Part shown: positions 1 through 10,467 of the stretch, piece by piece
How the letters are laid out: each line of letters begins with the position of its first letter
How positions within the stretch are numbered: the stretch's first letter is position 1
Notes under the pieces: generated by a model
What the model was told of the DNA's origin: nothing
What the model saw: the letters and a program-made list of their open reading frames with translations, nothing else
The model's database searches: none
Assembly (NCBI GenBank): GCA_973895155.1
Contig: OZ316896.1
Location: forward strand, 8,639,539 to 8,703,538
Length of the DNA stretch: 64,000 nt
DNA from: Marsupella aquatica
Lineage: Eukaryota; Plantae; Marchantiophyta
Direction of reading: 5' to 3'
Position numbers and translations under genes: made by a program

Positions 1-1117
1 TAATGATGAGATCACTCAATATGATGAATTAAAGACTCATTATGATGCACATCCTCGAGGCTGATCGATATGGAGACAAAAACAGTGACGGCACTACTGT
101 ATTGCTACATTCATTTTGTAATCCATTCGGTTGTGTCCGCATTCAAGCTTTTGGTTACTTTCGAACGACTCTGAAGAAGATCGATAAAGTGAAAAGTCGA
201 TCAGAGTGGACCAATTGACTGGTGTTGTTGTTAAGCGATCGCTCCGACACTTTGTCCTGATTCGCGTACGACGTATTAAACTGTTCATTTTGATTGAAGT
301 GCGCACGAGATTCTATAAAGTAAGAATATGAGATCTGCATTTGACTTCAAACTTTCAGTCCTTTGGCGTTGGTGTAATTTGATGGGTTTAAGCGAATCAA
401 TCTTTACTTTTGCGTCTCATCCGAGCGGTTTGGGACTTTCGGACTTGGCAAAGTACTACCTTGAGCTGTATTCAGCTCCGGGCCCTCTGTACCCAAGTTT
501 CAGCTGTTGTGAAGGGTTTAAGAATCATGAGCCAAGGGAGACGGCAGACATGCATGCTAGGTAGCCTATCGGTTCGTTGTTCAAACCCGTGAAAAGTGTC
601 TCCAGGACAGAAAATCGCGAGGGTAGGAGTTGAGATACTGGTACGTGCATTCCCTGCACTGCAGTCCATCCATTTTCCGTGCTTGGACACGAGCCTACAG
701 TAGCGAGTCACAATGAAAATAATTGGAACGGGATAATTGCATCGCAGGAGCATTGGCATTTCGAACGTCGACTCAATTTTGCCTGGTTCCAGGAATTGCG
801 GGATCCCATCCCGGATTCATACGGGTTACTGTAAATCCAGTGTTGGCTTCAACGACAATGGGGATGCATTATATTATTTTACTCGATCGAGCGACAATAT
901 GTGGCGACATGGCTCTCCTAAGCCCGTTCGTTTCATGGGCCTGTGGCAGTCCACGCCACTTGCAGTAGTCAATGTTCCGCACCTAATCCATGTCGTATAC
1001 AGTAAGTAGTATGCCCTCAGGCCGCTACAGTCATCGAGTCGTTTCAGAAGACAATCATCATCCCATTCGTTATTTATTGCTTCAAATGCATCCTCTTTTC
1101 ATATGATGAATAACTAT

Positions 1118-1440
1118 GCCCCTTCCTTGAATGAAAAGGGAGATGAAAAAGTCTATAAACAATTCCTGCAAAAAAAGAATGAATTCCATGCTAGATCTTG
1201 TTCATGTTTAATCCCTTGTCTGTTTTTTGTACACCCTCAGTTAGTTGATTGTTGAACATAGATAGAGATAAGACAACAGGAAATCAAAAAAATTAAAGAT
1301 GTGCTAGATCTTTTTCCCCATCTTTGTTTTTTGTCCACCCTCATTTACCCCTTCCTTGAACATAAATAGAGAGGAAGACAAAAAGAAATCCTGCAGAATT
1401 CCATGCTACTTCTCATTCATCTTTGCCCATCCGTGTTTTT
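1118..1440. repeat. Degenerate tandem repeat, about 3 units of roughly 100-120 bp
   Basis: Recurring blocks CCCCTTCCTTGAA (~1119, ~1348), GAATTCCATGCTA / TGCTAGATCTT (~1181, ~1302, ~1396) and TGTTTTTTGT-CACCCTCA (~1220, ~1325). Boundaries approximate. Confidence 0.55.
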
Positions 1441-2013
1441 TACCCATCTTTATTTTCAATTTTGTTCTTATTGTGACTTATGGTCTAGATTGAGGCTTTG
1501 CTTTAGACCATAGCCTTGAAAGTAGCTTTGCATTGAGTTTTATTAGTAAGATTCAAGTTACCTGCACATTTGCCAAACTGTTTGGATAGCTTTTGTGACT
1601 GCTGGATTGCACAGAAAAAAAAACATTTTGCCGTAAATGTTGTACTGATCAACTAAATGTGACAAGAGCACATCTTTGCAAACTTATAGGTCGCAATTCT
1701 CAATGAAATCTCACTGTATACTAAAGGGTCATCAGAGAGATCTTTCAAATAATTTCCTGATGAAACTCAAATTAAAATTTAGTTTCCGTTGGATATGGAG
1801 AGAGGTACTGAATGTTAAAATACCTCTTCCCGAACTCCTCACCTAGTAGCAACCCAGGGCTAGCAACAAAGGAACACCCAGCAGTGTTGAGCATGTCTGA
1901 GATTTCCCTGAGTTGTTTTTTTCCTTTTTCTTTAGATTTCAGAATTTCAAAATTAAGAGCATGAGTGAATAACAAAATTAAAGGGAACCCACGACTGAAG
2001 GGGAACTAAAGTA

Positions 2014-2250
2014 CAGTGAACTGTATCTAAGTGCAGGCTCCGGGGATAACACCACCAATCACCACTTATACACTGAAGAAGTAAAATTCAATGTACACGG
2101 AGTGCACCATGGATAAGCACTTATCCACTTATCCACACACATTGTACTACTCATTCCCCAAGAGTTCATATTGTATTTAACTGGATAAGTGCATAAAACT
2201 ACTTTTCATAGTGGATAGTTCCACTTATCAACAAATGCTTCCTATGTATC
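2014..2250 (+). mobile_element. Orphan left end of a Tc1/mariner(pogo)-like MITE, same family as 34393-34902
   Basis: TA|CAGTGAACTGTATCTAAGTGCAGGCTC resembles the TIR CAGTGAACTCTCACTAAGTGCAGACTC of the 34.4-34.9 kb element. It is followed by the same GATAAGCACTTA subterminal motifs. No right TIR found; the end coordinate is approximate. Confidence 0.5.
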
Positions 2251-3324
2251 CATTGCAGTAATTGAAAAATAGCTAATACTATCATGATTGTCAATATATG
2301 GAAACCGTGATATTTTTATAAATACAACAAAAATGATGGCAGTATTATAAATTCAAACATTTTAAATGGCAGTGTACTTAAAAACTGAATTGAAAAATGC
2401 ATGTATTTGTCACCTCTGTATGTTTTTTCATTTCTTGCGAGTTACCTGCACTTTATGCACAAGCTACAGTAGGGTCCTCATTTACTTTCTTTCTACCCAT
2501 CACACACAAAGACTCTTGTAGGGTGTTTTATTGGGTTTAGATTTAACTGAAAAGAAATTGTGGAGGAACATTAGGGACTTTTAAATCCAATTTTGTGCAT
2601 TTCAAGAAAATATGAAATATTTTAAAAACCAAATTGGGGAATATTTTATATAAGATTCTAAGAATATAGTGGTAAATAATTTTTAAACAATATTTTCTTA
2701 TGTACTTAGAGCGAGGGGTCAATGTTAGTGCCTACCGTGTGGGCTGAGTAGGGCACTCTTAGCAAACAACTATTGTAGTGGGGGTGAGTGAATATCACCC
2801 ACAGGGTGAAGGCGGTGGGAACCATAGGATTATTCAATGTCTCAATCTCAAGCCAGTAGATCTCTCTTGTGCCTTGTGGTCAGCATGCTGCTAACCAAGG
2901 CTATATTTAATCCCTGACAAGAAAAGTGGCATTGTTATTGCAGTAATAAATCTAAAACAGTCGCTAAAGCCATGATATCTGACAAAAAATGTGGCAATCT
3001 AATAAAGCCATGAAATCTGACAAAAAATGTGGCCATCTAATAATACCCAATGTATGTAGTTCATCACTTCACTATATAATTCATATTATAATTCATCAGC
3101 CCCCCGACCTCCCCCTGCTTCTGGTAATTCAATCTCTCGAAATATCAGAGGTCCAACAAAGGGCCACGTGAGTGAAGTGACCAAGTAACAAAGAATAAGA
3201 AGCAGGAGCAGTTAAGGCATGGCCATTGGGCTACAGCACGCCGTGCTCGTGCTGCCGTTCCGAGATCTCCAGGACCTGCAGCACGTCGACCAATCAGCGT
3301 TTCTGCCCCTAATAATAAGCTCAT

Positions 3325-3432
3325 TGTTTGATGGTGATAACAAATGGTATCAGTATAGTCTCGGTAATGGTACATATGGTGGTGCCGGGATGACCGGCTG
3401 ATCCGGTCCTCCGGTCAAGGTAGAGTCTAACA
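3325..3432 (-). repeat. 3' LTR of copia copy 1 (108 bp)
   Basis: TGTTTGATGG...GAGTCTAACA, identical to 10360-10467. The adjacent CTCCCCTTTGGAT (3433-3445) is the polypurine tract ATCCAAAGGGGAG on the minus strand. Confidence 0.97.
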
Positions 3433-3743
3433 CTCCCCTTTGGATATATAGTGCAACTATATAGACAACATAGACTATACCTAAATTATATCATGTTCAT
3501 AGGGGTACATGATATAAGTACAATCGAGGTAGACTGCCTCGTTAAAAAACCTTTATCAACTCTAGCTTAGTAAAAACTCTACCAGTGTAGCAGAGAAAAA
3601 TATGAGTGCTAAAGGAAAAAGAGTGCAGCCTAACAGTCCTCGTCGTAATAAATGTCAATAGTAAATAAAGTTAGATGTTATAGTAAATCTAGCTTTAATA
3701 TTTGTCTCATCAGTCGGTCGTCAACAGCATGTCGTCTGTATCA

Positions 3744-6700
3744 TCAAGTATCATGTGGAGTAGCAGCCTCCACGGTCATCATGCGTCGCACGCTCCGTAG
3801 TCCAATCGCCTAGCAGTGTCGGTGGTGAACTGATGGCGATAGTGATTTGGTGAAGAGATCCGCACAGTTGTCTGCACTTGAAATCTGCAAAATGTTGATC
3901 TCTTTTCCATGTAACTCGTGGGTGTAGAAAAATTTCGGAGCTATGTGCTTCACGCGATCGCCTTTGATGAATCCTTTCGTGATCTGCTGTATACATGCTG
4001 CGTTATCCTCAAAAATGTTAGTAGGCTTCGTTAGTGGTGGTAGGCCGCATTTGGTGTTGATGTGGTTTATAAAGGATCATAACCAAACGGCTTCACGACT
4101 AGCCTCATGTAGAGCTAAGATTTCTGAGTGATTTGATGAGGTTGCTGTTAGGGTTTGTTTCACGCTTTTCCAAGAAAAAGCGGTACCCCCTATAGTAAAA
4201 ACGTATCCGGTTTGGGATTTTGCGGTATCAATGTCGGAGAGATATCCGGCATCCGCATATCCTATGAGTTCGTGGTTTGCACCGAATGGGTAAAATAACC
4301 CTGTATCGGTTGTGCCACGTAGATACCTAAATACGTGCTTAACTCCGTTCCAGTGTCTGGCTGTGGGAGTTGCACTATGTCTGGCTAGTAAGTTAACTGC
4401 AAATGCAATGTCTGGTCTGGTCTGATTTGCTAGGTACATTAATGCTCCTATTGCAGAAAGATATGGAGTTTCTGGTCCTAATATGGGTTCATGTTCTTCG
4501 CGCTTGCGAAAAACATCAGTGGTGTTTTCTAATGAACGTACAACCATTGGTGATGTCAATGGGTGTGCTAGGTTCATATTGAATTGTTTTAGGATCTTTT
4601 TCGTTTGTGTTGTTTGATGGAGCATCATGCTAGTGGGTAGGATCTCTAGTTGTAAGCCTAAGCAAAAGTTTGTATGTCCAAGGTCTTTCATCTCAAATGT
4701 GGATTTAAGACTGGTAATAGTATCTTCTGTAAGTTGGGGTGTCCCAAATATATTTAAGTCATCAACGTAAATAGAAACGATGACATATTCATCATCCACA
4801 TGTTTAATAAATAAACATGGTGTAATGGCATCATGGGAAAAACCCATGGCAATCATTTCATCAGTAAATCTTTGATACCATACTCTGCCACTTTGTTTCA
4901 GGCCATATAATGCCTTCAACACACGGATAGCTAGTCCGCGGCGAGTATTCCGTACGGTTGACACAGCGGTGTCATTATTATGAGTTACGTGTGTAGATGA
5001 CACATGAGGTGTAACTTGAGATAATTGTGTGATAATCTTATGTAAATATGGGATGTGCGATTTAGCGCCTTGAGCTAAAGCTCGGCGACGTTGCTCCAAC
5101 TTAGGAGGTGATCGCATATATAGACAGGTGTCTAAAGTGCCATATAAATATGCAGTTGCAACATCTAATTATCGCATTTGTAGTTGGTGGAAAATGGCAA
5201 ATCCGATTAAATATCGGAATGTTGTGCTATCCATAATCGGTGAGTAAGTTTCATCGTAATGAATTCCCGGTTGTTGGGTAAATCCTTTCCCTACCAAACG
5301 TGCTTTATAGCGTACAACTTGGCCTTTATCATTTCTTTTGCGGACGAATGTCCACTTGTAGCCAATGAGGTGTACGTCTTGTGGTGTTGGCTCGATTGGG
5401 CCAAAAGTGTGTCTGCTTAGTAGGGAATCTAATTCTCCATTTATAGCTTTTTGCCATTCAGGCCAATCTGGTCTGTTTTGGCATTCTAAGATGGATATTG
5501 GTTCTGGTGTTTCGTCTGTGATATGTGTTGCCACCATTAATGCAAAAGCATCATCTATTGAAGTAGTATTTCTATCCCACATCTCACCGGTGTGTGCGAA
5601 GTGGATAGAAATCTCTTCATGAGTTGTGGATTCTGTGTGGTCGGCATCAGGTGAAGGTGGTATAGATGAACTGCGCCTTCTTGGTTGTTTATCCTTGGAT
5701 CCCAAAGGTCTGCCTCGTTTTGCACGAGGTTGGGATGTACTAGTTGGCTCACTTGATAATTCGATGCGAGCAGGTGCTCTCGCAGCTGGAATATGTGAGC
5801 GGCTAACTTGGGATGTATCGACGAAAGCGTCGGGAAGTTCTTCCACAATCTTGTGGAGTTGTAAAATTCTTTGAACTTCTTTCTCCCCTTGATTCGTTCT
5901 AAGGTCTTGCCAAAATGGTGAGTGTCGTTCCCACTCCAAAGGTGGTTGTGGGTGTTTAGGCGTTATTAATGGTGGGTAAATGTGTTCGTCAAAATGGCAA
6001 TCTAGAAATCTGGCTTTAAAAACGTCGCCAGTTGTTGGCTCCATATATCGGATTATGGACGGTGAGTCAAATCCAATGTATATCCCCAACTGTCGTTGGG
6101 GTCCCATCTTGGTTCGTTTGGGTGGAGTAATGGGGACCATTACTTGACATCCAAATGAACGAAGATGTGATAGGTCAGGTTTAATACCATTAACAATTTG
6201 GTATGGGCTATAGGTATTAAACGCCGATGGGCGATATTGGATTAATGCATTCGCTTGTAATATGGCGTGTCCCCATGCTGAGACGGGGAGTTTTGACTGC
6301 ATTAGTAATGGGCGTGCAATTAACTGAAGGCGTTTAATGACCGCTTCAGCTAATCCATTCTAGAAATGCACGTGGGGTACAGGATATTGTACGTCTATGC
6401 CAAGTGATGTGCAAAAGTCATCAAATGTTTCAGATGTGAATTCCCTTGCATTGTCTACCCTTAGTGTCTTAATGGGGTGATCTGGGAATTGTGCTTTCAC
6501 GCAAAAGATTTGCGCCAAAATGCGAGGTATTACCATATTCCTCGTTGAAAGCAAGGTCACATTTGACCATTTGGTTGATGCGTCAATTAAAACCATAAAG
6601 TAGCGGAAAGGTCCGCTTGGTGGGTTAATTGGCCCGCAGACATCAGCATGGATTATTTCCAAGAATTGGGGTATTTTAGTTGGCAATTTTGATGTCGTGG

Positions 6701-8420
6701 GCCTTGTTATTAACTTGCCGCGTGAGCATGCAGTGCATGGAGTGCTCACTGGGATGTGGCGTGTATTGATTGGAATGCCACTTGAATTCTTAATGATTTT
6801 TGTTAGCATTGATTGGCCGGGGTGGCCGAGGCGTGCATGCCATAGCGCATGCAATTCGCTTGTATTGGCGTTGTTATGCAGGCATTCAATTTGTGTTATG
6901 TAAAACCCGCAGGGATACGAGAAAAGTGTCTCTTTAATTATTTTCCCCTTAAGGGTGTTTTCAACCAAGTGAATGACCTCTTGGTCTCTGGTATCGCCCG
7001 TTTGGACATGTAGCCCATTTGCTCGTATATCTCTAAAGCTAAGGAGATTACGAGTTGCGTTTGGGGCAAAAATGGCAGATTCTATGTGTATTTCAGTACC
7101 CTACGGGAGTCTAATAGAGGCTGGGCCGAAGCCCTCTTCTATTTGACTAGGACCATTTATAGTGGTCAGGGATCTACGTGAGGGTGTAATCTTGTGGAAA
7201 AGGTGCCTATCCCTGAGGATAGTGTGCGTGGTCGCACTGTCGATAATACATGTGCTTGGGCTATTTAAATCTGGTGTAGTGGAGCTACTTGCCACTAAGT
7301 GTGCCTCTGGTTGGGCAGGTAGGTCTGAAAAGTCTTGGAATGGGTCGCTAGATTCCATAAACGCCCCGTGGGTTTCACGGGGTGGTGGTCTTGAGGTTTG
7401 TCTATCCTGGATGGACCGTTGATATAAATCTCTAAGATGTTGCGGGATTCTACAGTTTCTCGCGAGGTGGTTTGTCATGCCACATTCATGGCATTTCGGT
7501 CGTTCCCGTTGTTGTCGGGGTTGTGACCGATCATTCCTACGGTTGTTGTTGTATGGTCTACCACCACCGCGTCCACCGCGTCCACCTCGTCCTCCGCGTC
7601 CGCCGTGTCCATCGCGTCCTCCACGTCCTCCGCGTCCTCCACGTCCACTAAAGGACCGTCTGAAATTGTGTTGTGGGCGTTGGTTAAAGAAACTCCCCCT
7701 GTTGGGGTTGTTTCTATGGTTGCCATTCCTACTGCGCTTAATGCCCTGCCTTGATGTGGAGGGTTCAGCGGTGTCGGTAAGATGTGTTTCACTCTGTGAT
7801 CCTGAGGGCAGTGTGCCCGCAGGACGTTTTCTAGAGTTAACTAAAAGGAGTTCTTGGTTTCTTTCTGTGACTAGGAGGTGGGCTATGAGCTCGGAGTATT
7901 GCCCGAACTTCATGTTTCGATACTGTGTTGATAGCCACACATTCGATGAATGAAATGTCGACAAGGTCTTCTCTAGCAGATCCTTGTCCATGACCGGCTC
8001 GCCACATAGTGCGAGGGTTGAGGATATTCTAAAGAGTTCGCTATTGTAGGCTGAAATTGAGGTGAAGTCCTGGACCCGCAGGTTGAGCCAGTCTTGTCTG
8101 GCTCTAGGTAATTCGACCAGTTTCTGGTGGTCGAATCGGGTCTGTAGGGCTGTCCATAGTTCCCGAGGGGTCGAAAGGTGCATGTATTGTCTCTGGAGGA
8201 ATCTATGGATGTGGCGTCTCAGGAATACTAGGGCTTTCGATTCGTTGGCTTTAGTTAATGGGTCTGGTTGGGGTTCGCCAGCTAGTATAGGTTGAGCCAT
8301 CCCTATAGCTGGGAGTAGGGTTAGCAAGGTTAGGTTTTCTTTTAGGTTCATGGACCATTCTAGGTAGTTGCCACCATCTATTTCTAGGGCGGGGAAGTTG
8401 AGTTTCTCAAGGTTGGCCAT
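3744..8420 (-). pseudogene. gag-pol polyprotein of copia copy 1 (single frame, ~1558 codons, 5 premature stops)
   Basis: Track ORFs 7101-8420, 6360-6968, 5169-6302 and 4077-5117 are all in one frame. Motifs: zinc knuckle CHECGMTNHLARNC, protease DSATT, WHARLGH (GAG-pre-integrase), integrase HADVCGP/RVDNA/NGLAE, RT LYGLKQ and YVDDL, RNase H GYADAG. Stops at 7101, 6360, 5169, 4077 and 3810. Confidence 0.95.
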
Positions 8421-10345
8421 CTCTAAGTTCCTGGCGTGCAGCGGTGGTGTGCGTGTTTATATTTAATGTATATAGTCAAAAGACAATGCACATTTGCCGC
8501 ATGCAGTGGTGGAGAGAGGGTTGAGGAGAGCAATCTAAGTCGTGGGCTAGTAAATTAAGAATGTTTGGGTTTTTTCAGAATTTAGGGTTTGCACTTATTA
8601 GGTTGGTTTTCTGTGTAAATGTATAACTGCAAGGATTCCTTTGTATTATCTTTTCCTTTGTTAAGCTGTGCAGTTATTCGGTTGTGCACTTATGGTTGCA
8701 GTTATGGGTGATGCTTTACTGGTGCTCTGGTTAAGCGCACATTATGCTTTGTAATTGAGGTCGCTTTGAGGGAAATTGTAATTAGAGGGGGTTTACGGTT
8801 ATGTGCGGTTAGGAAGTTTGCACTTAGCGGGTTGAGGTTTCTTCGACGTTCTGTCGATGATTTTGTGCCTTGATGTTGCGCTTTCTGCCTTGGGGTTGCC
8901 TCTTCTCGCGACCTTCAGATCCCTTGTGTCTGCTCGATTCTCCCCTTGCGCCTCAAGAATTTGGTCTTTAAGCTTCTTGCATCTCCTCTCACCTCGTTGC
9001 AGTCGGTACTCAATTTCGATTTCTTAACCTTGTCTCTCGCTGCGGCTGTATGAAGGGGATTCTCGATTGCTGTCCTTATCGTTTTTCCTTCCGGGACGAC
9101 CTTCGTCCTTATGAGTTCTCTATGTCCTTATGTATCTGCTTATCGTTCCTTTGGCTTCGCGAGTTCCTGCAGTGACCTCTCTTCTCCCTCGATCTTCAGC
9201 CTTCAATCGATCACGGATTTTCTTTGCCTCTCAGTGATCGTCGACGAGAAGTCAGGGTAGCAGGGGTACCGAAAGTGGAGTCAACGTAATCGGCAGTTGA
9301 GGTGTTCCTGGCAGATTTCTTTGGATTCGCCCTCTGTCCTATGCGCTTCCAACTCGTGATTCCTCTTGCTTCGCCTTCTGGTCCTGGTCACTTCACCTCT
9401 CGATTCAGGCATCATCGATCCATCGCTATCCACTCTCCCTCAATTTTCGGAAGATTATATGGCCTCGTCTCCTCTATTTTCGAAAGTACTTATGGTATCC
9501 TCATTGTACTTTCTTGCTGCGCCTGTGATTGACGGACCTTATCACCTCCGATCTCCGTAAGCTTTTCAAAGTTTCGTCGCTCCCTTTCGATCTGGAGTTC
9601 GCTAAATGATATTGAGGCCGGCTCTTGCTGATTGGGGCTCAATTCTGGATCGATTGCTCCAATCCTTGTTCCAATCTCTTATCGCAGTCGTGAGGATCTA
9701 GTATGCTTCTTCTTTCCGATCTCTCTCGGTTTCTGTTTAGAATTCTGCCATGCAACATCAGGTTTCTACCGAGCTTGTGCGCCGCTCATCGATCTGTCCT
9801 TAGCCGATCCTCTGGTGGGCTTGCTGCTCGTAGCCTTTGTAAAGACTTTCGGCCATGTTGCCCAATGCTGGCTTTGCGACTTGCCTCCTGCGTAGCCTTT
9901 TTGAAAAGGTTTCTGTAGTAATTGGCTGGATCGAGAGTGGACCAGGCCTGGCGATGATTTCCGATGACCTCTCGCTGCTCGCGGCCCTTCTCACGATGTG
10001 TTCCTTCGTTTTTCTCTGTATCGATTCTGCAGGTGACAGTTTCCTTATGCCTTCGATCGTCAACTGAATTTCTTCGATTGCAGCCAGCATCTATGGTTTA
10101 TTCCTTTCAAAGGATTTCTGTGAGCTTTCGGTCGTCGGTCGCTAGCGCTCCCTACGAGTTCCTCTGGCTTTCTATTCTCGTTTATTCTGTGGGCCTCTTC
10201 AACCTTCTTTCGTGGTCCCTCTAACATATCTTCTTTTCCAGGTTGAAATTTCTCCACATTCGCATCATTCTCTTTGGGGAAAGCTGGAATTCAGATTCTC
10301 AAAAAAAATTCTCATCTCCCGTTTCGTGCTCGGCTAGTCTAAGGC

Positions 10346-10359
10346 TCGTGCTGATAACG
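10346..10359 (-). promoter_or_regulatory. Primer-binding site, half-tRNA-Ile type (CGTTATCAGCACGA)
   Basis: Immediately internal to the 5' LTR. The + strand TCGTGCTGATAACG matches the anticodon arm of plant tRNA-Ile(AAU/IAU), TCGTGCTAATAACG, with G at the inosine position. Confidence 0.85.
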
Positions 10360-10467
10360 TGTTTGATGGTGATAACAAATGGTATCAGTATAGTCTCGGT
10401 AATGGTACATATGGTGGTGCCGGGATGACCGGCTGATCCGGTCCTCCGGTCAAGGTAGAGTCTAACA
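10360..10467 (-). repeat. 5' LTR of copia copy 1 (108 bp)
   Basis: Identical to 3325-3432; flanked by the PBS and the TSD CTCAT. Confidence 0.97.

Larger units (their letters stand above)
3325..10467 (-). mobile_element. Full-length Ty1/copia LTR retrotransposon, Bianca-like (copy 1, 7143 bp)
   Basis: Two identical 108-bp TG...CA LTRs; 5-bp TSD CTCAT (3320-3324 and 10468-10472); PBS and PPT next to the LTRs; domain order GAG-PR-IN-RT-RH. Gag start MANLEKLNFPALEIDGGNYLEW, protease DSATTHTIL and the KRGRPLGSKDK motif match Bianca elements as I recall them. Confidence 0.97.

Noticed and set aside
3345-3353. TGGTATCAG inside the LTR, resembling a tRNA-Met PBS
   Set aside because: It is inside the LTR, on the wrong strand, lacks the AGC continuation and is absent from copy 2. 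The real PBS is the tRNA-Ile type.
3810-7103. Idea that the C-to-T stops are repaired by U-to-C RNA editing
   Set aside because: U-to-C editing is organellar. The stops differ between the two copies and G-to-A missense changes also occur, which fits DNA deamination.
7477-7953. Pro/Arg-rich + strand ORF (also 53667-53894 and other ORFs overlapping the copia genes)
   Set aside because: Antisense or off-frame shadows of the Gag RGG repeat and of pol.
9800-10257. Sense-strand ORFs in the copy 1 leader as an extra retroelement gene
   Set aside because: Short, in different frames and with no counterpart in the copy 2 leader; explained by purine-rich composition.
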